DNA from: a virus
Length of the DNA stretch: 13,577 nt
Direction: 5' to 3' (one strand)
Virus genome (UHGV): UHGV-0354376
Positions 6,761-13,577 of this stretch are shown one piece after another (position 1 is the stretch's first letter; each line of letters opens with the position of its first letter). Both the position numbers and the translations under genes were made by a program. Under the pieces are notes generated by a model that had not been told where the DNA came from, did no database searches, and saw only the letters and a list, made by a program, of their open reading frames with translations.

Positions 6761-7722
6761 TTCAGTTACTTGATCGTCCAATTGCTTACAACCCGGCTTT
6801 TGCCAAGCTGAGAGTTGGCAAAGTTAAAGCTGGCCCGGTTGCGGCTGTTTTTCTTTCGCAGATGGTCTACTGGCATAACCGTATGGATGGCGGCTGGATG
6901 TATAAGACCCAGGCAGATATTGCCAGCGAGACTGCATTAACCCGTGATGAACAGGAAACGGCTCGCAAACGTCTGATACAGCTTGGCGTTCTGGAAGAAG
7001 ATCGCCGTGGTGTCCCAGCAACGATGCACTACCGCATTAATCCTGAACGCCTGGAAGCGCTGCTGCTCGAAACTACGCAGTCAGTGAAGAAGGCCGCACC
7101 TCAGAACAAAACCAGATTGCGGAACATCCAGAATGTGGAAATGCCGCAATCTGGATTGGTGCAGTCCCGCAAACTAGATTGCGGTGATTCCACAAACAAG
7201 GATGTGGATACCCCGCAAACAAGTATGGGACAACCCAACGAACAAGCCTGCGGGGATCCCACAAACTTTCATACAGGAGATTACACAGAGAATACTCAGG
7301 AGAGTACACAGGATAAAAAAACTTATTGTCCGGTTGCGGCGCAACCAGACCCTGAAGTTGTGATTACCGACCAGGCAATTTTGGTTCTGACCCATTTGAA
7401 CCAGATCAGCGGATCCAGGTATCAGAAATCCAAAACATCCCTGGAGAATATCCGCGCCCGACTGCGTGAGGGATACAGCGTTGCAGACCTGCAACTGGTT
7501 ATCGACCTGAAGCATGAGCACTGGCACGAGAACGACGAGCAGTACCAGTACATGCGCCCGGAAACGCTGTTCGGCCCGAAGAAATTCGAGAGCTATCTGC
7601 AAAGCGCTACCCGCTGGGAGCAGAAGGGACGGCCTAAACGCGCTGACTGGGGGGCGAAAAAGCGCGATGTGATGACTTTTGGTCCGGTTGATACAACGAT
7701 TCCTGCGGGGTTCAGAGGATGA
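6748..7722 (+). CDS. Phage replication initiation protein (O-like; N-terminal winged-helix domain, low-complexity linker, conserved phage C-terminal domain)
   Basis: The ATG at 6748 is preceded by AAGGAAGG (the ORF track starts at 6730). The C-terminal region (ILVLTHLNQISGSRYQKSKTSLENIRARLREGYSVADLQLVIDLKHEHW...) resembles, from memory, the conserved phage replication-protein C-terminal domain. The gene contains an internal iteron-like repeat cluster. Confidence 0.75.
   Translation: MGTLIQLLDRPIAYNPAFAKLRVGKVKAGPVAAVFLSQMVYWHNRMDGGWMYKTQADIASETALTRDEQETARKRLIQLGVLEEDRRGVPATMHYRINPERLEALLLETTQSVKKAAPQNKTRLRNIQNVEMPQSGLVQSRKLDCGDSTNKDVDTPQTSMGQPNEQACGDPTNFHTGDYTENTQESTQDKKTYCPVAAQPDPEVVITDQAILVLTHLNQISGSRYQKSKTSLENIRARLREGYSVADLQLVIDLKHEHWHENDEQYQYMRPETLFGPKKFESYLQSATRWEQKGRPKRADWGAKKRDVMTFGPVDTTIPAGFRG
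7114..7266. repeat. Iteron-like repeat cluster inside the replication gene (candidate phage origin)
   Basis: At least seven copies of an 8-9 bp motif in both orientations: AGATTGCGG at 7114-7122, its exact reverse complement CCGCAATCT at 7144-7152, the perfect inverted repeat CCGCAA-N6-TTGCGG at 7167-7184, CCGCAAAC again at about 7213, and CCACAAAC at about 7191 and 7259. A short A-rich tract follows (about 7313-7321). Analogous to the lambda ori iterons within gene O. Confidence 0.45.
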
Positions 7723-8600
7723 CGTTAAACAAATATTGCCAGGCGCTGGCGGCACTACGTAGCCATCCAGCCCACGAATTGAAAGAAGTTGGTGATCAGT
7801 GGCGGACACCGGATCTGCTTTTCTGGGGTATCAACGCGCTATTTGGGCCATTAGTTCTGGACTTGTTTGCTGACGACGACAACGCGAAGTGCCCGGCATG
7901 GTACACCGCCGAAGATAATGCGCTGACGCAGGACTGGTCTGAACGTCTTACAGAACTGGGTGGCGCTGGTTATGGCAACCCACCGTATAGCCGTTCGCAG
8001 TATCACGAGAAACAGGCGATCACCGGCATGACGCACATCATGAACTACGCAGCAACCCAGCGCGAAAAGGGCGGGCGTTATGTATTTCTGATAAAAGCTG
8101 CGCCGAGCGAAACGTGGTGGCCGGAAGATGCCGATCACATCGTATTCATCCGTGGGCGCATTGGGTTCGATCTGCCTGTGTGGTTTATACCTGCTGACGA
8201 AAAACAGAAGCCCACCAGCGCGTTTTTTGCCGGTGCCATAGCTGTATTCGATAAGTCATGGCGGGGTGAGCGGTTCAGCTATATCAACCGCACAGAACTG
8301 GAGGAAAAAGGGCGGGCATTTATGGCTTTGGCTCAATTCGCCGTTGGTAAAGAGCAAACAATCGCAATGCAGGCAGCCAGGGAACCAGCAGCAACACCGG
8401 AAGCTGAGTCACGTATCTGGCCTCTCGAGGTTGGTCTGGTGTTCAACCAGGTGGAAGGCGTTGACGTATTGAGTGAGGCTCAGCAGAACAAGCTGAAAGC
8501 CAACATCAATCAACTCTGGCTGGAACGAACGGCCACCAGCGAAATCATCACAATTGCGCGTGGTCTTGTCGGCAGCATGCAGGGGGTAACCCATGCGTGA
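7719..8600 (+). CDS. Phage DNA N6-adenine methyltransferase (Dam family)
   Basis: 293 aa ORF with the N6-adenine MTase catalytic motif NPPY (GYGNPPYSRS) and N-terminal conserved residues (WRTPDLLF, DLFADDDN) as in phage Dam-family enzymes. Start and stop overlap the neighbouring genes (ATGA). Confidence 0.9.
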   Translation: MTLNKYCQALAALRSHPAHELKEVGDQWRTPDLLFWGINALFGPLVLDLFADDDNAKCPAWYTAEDNALTQDWSERLTELGGAGYGNPPYSRSQYHEKQAITGMTHIMNYAATQREKGGRYVFLIKAAPSETWWPEDADHIVFIRGRIGFDLPVWFIPADEKQKPTSAFFAGAIAVFDKSWRGERFSYINRTELEEKGRAFMALAQFAVGKEQTIAMQAAREPAATPEAESRIWPLEVGLVFNQVEGVDVLSEAQQNKLKANINQLWLERTATSEIITIARGLVGSMQGVTHA

Positions 8601-10590
8601 GATTATCGTTGATAACTTTGCTGGTGGCGGTGGCGCATCAACGGGTATTGAACTGGCAATAGGGCGCAGCGTGGATATTGCGATCAACCACGACGAAAAC
8701 GCCATTGCGATGCACAAGACGAACCACCCGGACACACTGCATTATTGTGAATCCGTATTTGACGTGGATCCGGTAGCCGCCACCGGCGGCAATCCTGTTG
8801 GCCTGGCATGGTTTAGCCCGGACTGCCGACACTTCTCAAAGGCCAAAGGCGCAAAGCCTGTGAAAAAAGAGATACGAGGTCTGGCCTGGATTGTTCTGCG
8901 ATGGGCACTGGCGAAGCGACCGCGCGTGATGATGCTGGAGAACGTGGAAGAGTTCAAAACCTGGGGACCGTTAATTGACATCCCGCCTAAACCTGATTTG
9001 TCGGAAGCCCTTATAGGGGATTTTATTGGCCCAGTTTACCCTGGCAATAGTCGCCCAGACCCTGCCCGCGCTGGCGAAACATTCAATGCTTTTGTCGGTA
9101 TGCTTTCCACTGGCATTCCTGCCGATCACTCGGCACTGTCAGAGGTTTGTGAGTTTCTGTCTATTGAAAGAGGTAGCGAGCAGGCGCAACAGCTGGTGGA
9201 TGGGCTTGGATATGATGTTGATTATCGCGAACTACGCGCGTGTGATTACGGCGCGCCGACGATCCGCAAACGCTTCTTCATGGTTATGCGCTGCGATGGC
9301 TGCCCAATCCAGTGGCCTGCTGTTACCCATGGGGATCCTAAGTCTCTGGAGGTGCAGAGCGGCAGGCTGATGCCATGGCGTACCGCTGCGGAATGTATCG
9401 ACTGGAATGTTCCGGCTCTGTCCATCTTCGACCGCAAAAAACCGCTGGCAGAGAACACTCTGAAGCGGATCGCACGCGGCATACAGCGCTTTGTTATCGA
9501 AAGTGCGTCGCCGTTTATCGTGAAGTGCAACCACACGAGCTCAAAAAATGCGTATGACGCTTTTCGCGGACAGTCACTGAATGAGCCATTACAGACCATT
9601 ACTAAAAAACTCGGCTACGCGTTAGCCGTTCCACACCTTACAAAATTCCGCACTGGCGCAACCGGGCAGCCCGTTACCGAACCTGTTCCGACGGTAACCG
9701 CTGGCACGTCAAAACGCCCGGGCGGGAACGGGCATGCTCTCGGGATTGTTGAGGCTGCATTGACACCATTCCTGGCGGGTAATGGTGGTAGTGAATACCA
9801 GGCTAAACCGCGCCCGCTGAATAAACCTGCTCATACCATTCTGAAGCAATCCCGAGCCTGTCTTGTTGCGCCAGTGATAGCCCGCCAGTTTGGGGCCAGC
9901 GTCGGCCACCGTGCAGACGAACCGAGCGCAACCATCACCGCTGGTGGTGGCGGTAAATCTCAACTGGTAACGCCTACGCTGATCCAGATGGGTTATGGCG
10001 AACGACCTGGACAAGAACCGCGTGTGCTGCGGCTGGATAACCCGCTGGGGACCGTTACTGCAGGCGGAAATAAATTTGCGACGGTGAGCGCATTCCTGGC
10101 GAAACACTACGGCGGTAACTATACGGGGCCGGGTGTCAGTATGGATGAACCCGCGCATTCAGTGACCACTGTCGACCATCATGCGGTAGTTGCCTCTCAT
10201 CTGGTGAAACTGCGTGGAACATGCCGCGACGGGCAACGCCTTGATGTGCCAATGCCAACAATCACTGCTGGTGGCCAACACGTGGGTGAGGTACGCACAT
10301 TTCTCGAGACGTATTGCGGGGAAAGTGACGATGAATGGCTGGTAACGATCGATGGGGTTAAATACCAGATCGTTGATATCGGAATGCGCATGTTGCAGCC
10401 GCATGAACTCTACAAAGCGCAGGGCTTCCCGGATGGATACGTTATTGATCAGGACTACCGTGGAAATCGCTATGCAAAAGATAAGCAGGTAGCCCGCTGC
10501 GGTAATGCGGTACCACCACCATTCGCCCGGGCGCTGGTTGAGGCAAATCTTCCGGAACTGTGTGCAGTGCAACAGCAGGAGGTGGCATGA
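8593..10590 (+). CDS. DNA cytosine-5 methyltransferase, large (665 aa), with an extended variable/target-recognition region
   Basis: C5-MTase motifs are visible: motif I FAGGGG, the catalytic Cys region SPDCRHFS, motif VI MLENVEEF (ENV), and a motif VIII-like PTIRKRFFMV. AGGGGG RBS 6 nt upstream. Stop overlaps the rusA start. Confidence 0.85.
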   Translation: MREIIVDNFAGGGGASTGIELAIGRSVDIAINHDENAIAMHKTNHPDTLHYCESVFDVDPVAATGGNPVGLAWFSPDCRHFSKAKGAKPVKKEIRGLAWIVLRWALAKRPRVMMLENVEEFKTWGPLIDIPPKPDLSEALIGDFIGPVYPGNSRPDPARAGETFNAFVGMLSTGIPADHSALSEVCEFLSIERGSEQAQQLVDGLGYDVDYRELRACDYGAPTIRKRFFMVMRCDGCPIQWPAVTHGDPKSLEVQSGRLMPWRTAAECIDWNVPALSIFDRKKPLAENTLKRIARGIQRFVIESASPFIVKCNHTSSKNAYDAFRGQSLNEPLQTITKKLGYALAVPHLTKFRTGATGQPVTEPVPTVTAGTSKRPGGNGHALGIVEAALTPFLAGNGGSEYQAKPRPLNKPAHTILKQSRACLVAPVIARQFGASVGHRADEPSATITAGGGGKSQLVTPTLIQMGYGERPGQEPRVLRLDNPLGTVTAGGNKFATVSAFLAKHYGGNYTGPGVSMDEPAHSVTTVDHHAVVASHLVKLRGTCRDGQRLDVPMPTITAGGQHVGEVRTFLETYCGESDDEWLVTIDGVKYQIVDIGMRMLQPHELYKAQGFPDGYVIDQDYRGNRYAKDKQVARCGNAVPPPFARALVEANLPELCAVQQQEVA

Positions 10591-10973
10591 AACTTGTGCT
10601 CCCGTTCCCTCCGAGCGTGAACACTTACTGGCGCGCCCCTAACAAGGGGCCGCTGGCCGGTCGTCACCTCATTAGCGCTGATGGTCGTAAATACCAGAGC
10701 GCTGCCTGCGTGGCGATCATTGAGCAATTACGACGTCTCCCGAAGCCATCGACTGAACTGGCAGCGGTAGAAATCACTCTGTACCCGCCGGATGCGCGCC
10801 GTCGGGATATCGATAATTACAACAAAGCCCTGTTTGACGCGCTGACGCATGCGGGTGTCTGGGAAGACGACAGCCAGATTAAGCGCATGCTGGTGGAATG
10901 GGGACCCGTTGTGCCGAAAGGTCGGGTAGAGATAACGATCAGCAGATATGAACCGGCGGGTGCAGCCGCCTGA
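10587..10973 (+). CDS. rusA: Holliday junction resolvase RusA
   Basis: The ATG at 10587 with an AGGAGGTGG RBS gives a 128 aa product. Clear similarity to E. coli RusA as recalled (PPSVNTYWR, RRRDIDNYNKALFDALT, GVWEDDSQ). Confidence 0.9.
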   Translation: MKLVLPFPPSVNTYWRAPNKGPLAGRHLISADGRKYQSAACVAIIEQLRRLPKPSTELAAVEITLYPPDARRRDIDNYNKALFDALTHAGVWEDDSQIKRMLVEWGPVVPKGRVEITISRYEPAGAAA

Positions 10974-10986
10974 TATGGAGAAAAGT

Positions 10987-11670
10987 ATGAGCCAATTAGC
11001 AACAACAGCATTAACCATGTCCAGCAGCGATATTGCTGAGCTGGTGGAATCACGACATGACCATGTTAAACGGTCCATTGAACGCCTGGCAGAGCGCGGT
11101 GTTATTGAACTCCCCCCAATGGGGGAAGTTAAAAATCACCTCAATCAGTCGGTATCGGTTTATCTGATAGGGAAGCGGGACAGTTATATCGTTGTCGCGC
11201 AGCTGTCGCCGGAGTTTACCGCGCGTCTGGTTGATCGCTGGCAGGAGCTTGAGCAGGCACAGCAGCAGACGATTCCTCAATCATTCTCTGAAGCCCTACG
11301 TCTTGCAGCTGACCTTGCAGAACAAAAACAGCAGTTGACTAACGAACTGGCTGCCGCGGCGCCGAAGGTAGCGTTTGTTGATCGGTACTGTACAGCCAGT
11401 GGGTCAATGTCATTCCGCCAGGTGGCAAAACTGCTTAAGGCCAAAGAGCCAGATCTGCGGTTATTCCTCCTTGAGAACGACATCATGTATCGCCTTGGCG
11501 GAACGATGACTCCACGGCATCAGCATATTGATGCGGGCCGTTTTGAAGTGAAAACCGGCACATCCGTGACCTCAAATCATGCATTCAGCCAGGCACGTTT
11601 CACGGCGAAAGGCGTGCGCTGGATTGGTGGACTGTGGGCAGAACACATTGTCAGGGGGCAGGTCGCGTGA
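10987..11670 (+). CDS. Phage antirepressor-like protein (Rha-like N-terminal region, KilAC/Ant-like C-terminal domain)
   Basis: The ATG at 10987 with GGAG 6 nt upstream gives 227 aa. The N-terminal region (SSSDIAELVESRHDHVKRSIERL) resembles Rha-type regulators and the C-terminal region (FRQVAKLL...MYRLGG) the antirepressor KilAC-type domain. Family calls are from memory. Confidence 0.7.
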   Translation: MSQLATTALTMSSSDIAELVESRHDHVKRSIERLAERGVIELPPMGEVKNHLNQSVSVYLIGKRDSYIVVAQLSPEFTARLVDRWQELEQAQQQTIPQSFSEALRLAADLAEQKQQLTNELAAAAPKVAFVDRYCTASGSMSFRQVAKLLKAKEPDLRLFLLENDIMYRLGGTMTPRHQHIDAGRFEVKTGTSVTSNHAFSQARFTAKGVRWIGGLWAEHIVRGQVA

Positions 11671-12656
11671 GGGCTTTGTTAACTCCTGAAGTAGCCCATC
11701 GTATGGGGATTGTGTTGTTCCGTCCCGGTGCGGAACTGATGCACATCTTCATGCGCGGTCGCGTTCTGCTAGAGCCTGAACCAGAAGAAATGGCGTCATT
11801 CAGTACCGGGGCTGTTCCTGCAGCCATTCAGCCGCTGGCTGAGGATCCGGTAATGCGGCAGGTCTTCGAGAATGAGCGGGTTATTCATCGCGCCGGTGGG
11901 CTGGCTTCCCTCGAGCAGTGGCTGAGTTCAAGATTTGAATGCCAGTGGCCACATTCATCGTGGCATGACAAGAACTTCACAACAATGCGGCACCCACCAG
12001 GAAGCATTCATCTGTGCTGGCATTGCGATCACACTTTGTCCGGGCAGCATACTAAGCAGCTTGCAGGTATAGCGGCAGGAAACTTGGTATCCTGGATTCT
12101 GGAAGTTATTCGTCGCGATTCTGGTTTTCCCGAGTCGCATGTACTGACGTTGCCGGAACTGTGCTGGTGGATGGTCAGAAACGACCTGGCTGATGTTATT
12201 CCGGAAAGCGTTGCGCACAAAGGGCTGCGCCTTCCGGATGAGAACATCCGCTCTGTCATGAGGGAAAGCGACATTGTGCCTTCAGCGTCTGCAACCAGCC
12301 TCGTGCAGGAGAAGGCGAAGAAGATCCTCACGCTCTCTGTTGATCCGGAGTCTCCAGAATCTTTCATGCTCAGACCAAAACGTCGTCGCTGGATAAATGA
12401 GACGTACACCCGCTGGGTTAAAACACAGCCCTGTGAGTGTTGCCGACGGCCAGCAGACGACCCCCACCACATGATTGGCCACGGGCAGGGTGGAATGGGT
12501 ACAAAAGCACACGACCTGTTTGTGATACCGCTGTGCAGAGCACATCACAACGAGTTGCATGCTGATCCCGTGGCATTTGAAGCGAAATACGATGACCAAT
12601 TGGTGTTGGTTTTTCGAGTTATAGATCGAGCGCTGGCAATTGGCGTGCTGGCATAA
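11634..12656 (+). CDS. DUF968-like prophage protein with a C-terminal Cys/His cluster; start uncertain
   Basis: Long ORF in the position usually occupied by DUF968/YdfU-like genes upstream of Q in enterobacterial lambdoid prophages. C-terminal cluster CECCRRPADDPHHM...CRAHHNELH. Candidate starts are the GTG at 11634, the GTG at 11667 (overlapping the upstream stop) and the ATG at 11703. Confidence 0.6.
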   Translation: MGRTHCQGAGRVRALLTPEVAHRMGIVLFRPGAELMHIFMRGRVLLEPEPEEMASFSTGAVPAAIQPLAEDPVMRQVFENERVIHRAGGLASLEQWLSSRFECQWPHSSWHDKNFTTMRHPPGSIHLCWHCDHTLSGQHTKQLAGIAAGNLVSWILEVIRRDSGFPESHVLTLPELCWWMVRNDLADVIPESVAHKGLRLPDENIRSVMRESDIVPSASATSLVQEKAKKILTLSVDPESPESFMLRPKRRRWINETYTRWVKTQPCECCRRPADDPHHMIGHGQGGMGTKAHDLFVIPLCRAHHNELHADPVAFEAKYDDQLVLVFRVIDRALAIGVLA

Positions 12657-12670
12657 ATGGAGAAAGCTTA

Positions 12671-13249
12671 ATGATTAATCCTTCTGAAGTTGGCAAGGCT
12701 GGTGAAATGGTGCGCCTTCGTACTCTGGAAAGCATCTGGATACAGGGTAAGTTGCGCATGTGGGGCCGCTGGTCTTATATCGGCGGTGGTAGTGGTGGGA
12801 ACATGTTTAACCAGCTTCTAGCGTCTGGGAAAATCACCAAGACAGCTATCAATGATGCGCTGCGCCGTATGAAGAAAGCGGGTATCAGCAAACCTGAACT
12901 GGAAGCATTCTTCAAAGAGATTCAGGAAGGGAATAATAAAAGCGGTCTGGCGTTCTGTACCGATGAAGAAGCGCTGGCCATCAACGCTGTACTCAGCGGT
13001 ATCCTTGTTCAGTCAGGGCATAAGAAGTTATACGCTCTTATTGAAGATCGTTATATCAAGCGCCTGAGCAAAAAAGCGATGGCCAGAGACTTAAATGAAA
13101 AACATCCTGAATGGTGTTTGCGAACCTGTGAAAGCCGGATTGATGTTTGGCTAAATGTAGCAGAATCGATGCTATACAAGCCAATGTGTGATGCATTCGG
13201 CACAAATAGCGACAGATTCTACTTGAATAATTGCGCGGAAAGTGCTTAA
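12671..13249 (+). CDS. Putative late-gene antiterminator (Q-like)
   Basis: 192 aa ORF with a GGAGA RBS, last in the nin-like region and immediately followed by a candidate promoter and terminator pair, the canonical Q / pR' / tR' arrangement. Assignment is by synteny and a vague family recollection, not by verified homology. Confidence 0.45.
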   Translation: MINPSEVGKAGEMVRLRTLESIWIQGKLRMWGRWSYIGGGSGGNMFNQLLASGKITKTAINDALRRMKKAGISKPELEAFFKEIQEGNNKSGLAFCTDEEALAINAVLSGILVQSGHKKLYALIEDRYIKRLSKKAMARDLNEKHPEWCLRTCESRIDVWLNVAESMLYKPMCDAFGTNSDRFYLNNCAESA

Positions 13250-13251
13250 AT
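13223..13251 (+). promoter_or_regulatory. Candidate late promoter (pR'-like): -35 TTGAAT, 17 bp spacer, -10 TTAAAT, overlapping the stop of the Q-like gene
   Basis: Sigma70-like hexamers with optimal spacing, located where pR'/qut is expected relative to a Q gene. Prediction only. Confidence 0.3.
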
Positions 13252-13301
13252 TGTGATAAGCTCGGGACGTTAAAGCGAACTGAGCAACAGAACAAATAGT
13301 A

Positions 13302-13323
13302 ACCCGCCGCTGTGCGGGTTTTT
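13302..13323 (+). terminator. Rho-independent terminator (tR'-like)
   Basis: 6 bp stem ACCCGC/GCGGGT with a 6 nt loop (CGCTGT), followed by TTTTTGCGTTTC. It lies about 50 nt downstream of the candidate late promoter. Confidence 0.55.
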
Positions 13324-13577
13324 GCGTTTCTGGGGGGATATAAAATGCACAAGTAAAACGGGCAGGCCGCAACCGAATGGTAAAGCAGCAGTCATAATGC
13401 TGCCCCGAGTCTCCGCGTAGAGAGCCAGCTTTGCATCTGGTGAGGGTTAATAAGAAAAGAAGCACCGGTGCCGCCGTGTAATCGCCAATTACGCACTGGT
13501 TAGAGCTAACGGGGAGCAAAGACGAACCGGGGTAACGATCTCAAGGGCATGGGCGCGTCCACTGCGAAAGTGTGGAT

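Noticed and set aside
6824-10727. Numerous ORFs of 60-211 aa on the opposite strand or in alternative frames within the replication and methyltransferase genes (for example 7174..7809, 7851..8138, 8409..8735, 9246..9599, 9709..10158, 10159..10572)
   Set aside because: They are fully contained within genes that have strong motif support (NPPY; FAGGGG/ENV/catalytic Cys; replication-protein C-terminal domain). GC-rich coding DNA generates such shadow ORFs.
10728-12599. Minus-strand ORFs within rusA, the antirepressor and the DUF968 gene (10728..11078, 11050..11280, 11277..11486, 11955..12218, 12029..12472, 12282..12599)
   Set aside because: Antisense to a tightly packed rightward operon with recognisable products. 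No supporting signals.
13056-13519. Minus-strand ORFs 13056..13352 and 13172..13519 downstream of and overlapping the Q-like gene
   Set aside because: They run through the predicted terminator and promoter region and have Cys/Leu-rich low-complexity products. The region is more plausibly regulatory or non-coding.
13324-13577. Possible tRNA gene downstream of the Q-like gene, as seen in some lambdoid prophages
   Set aside because: I could not find a cloverleaf-compatible arrangement or a T-loop GTTCGA-type motif by eye. tRNAscan-SE would be needed to exclude it formally.

Overview
This window reads as the early (left and central) part of a lambdoid prophage from an enterobacterial genome. All calls rest on reading the six-frame ORF track and the DNA by eye; no database search was run. 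From left to right: a leftward integration/accessory operon (tyrosine integrase, excisionase-like protein, four small accessory genes including a MazG/DUF550-like nucleotide pyrophosphohydrolase fusion); a ~550 bp GC-rich stretch with no ORF of 60 aa or more; an AT-rich divergent promoter region; a small rightward gene followed by a bidirectional hairpin terminator; an immunity switch (CI-like repressor with an S24 peptidase domain, divergent Cro-like and CII-like genes); a replication gene with an internal iteron-like repeat cluster; two tandem DNA methyltransferases (N6-adenine and a large C5-cytosine enzyme); and a nin-like region (RusA, antirepressor, DUF968 protein, Q-like antiterminator) ending with a candidate late promoter and terminator. 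No tRNA, rRNA, CRISPR array or IS element was recognised. I could not establish a clearly novel system. The most unexplained features are the ORF-free GC-rich stretch at 3451-4010, the small convergent gene at 4157-4363, the identical 11-mer shared by the two promoter regions flanking the repressor, and the ambiguous overlapping small ORFs at 6077-6471.
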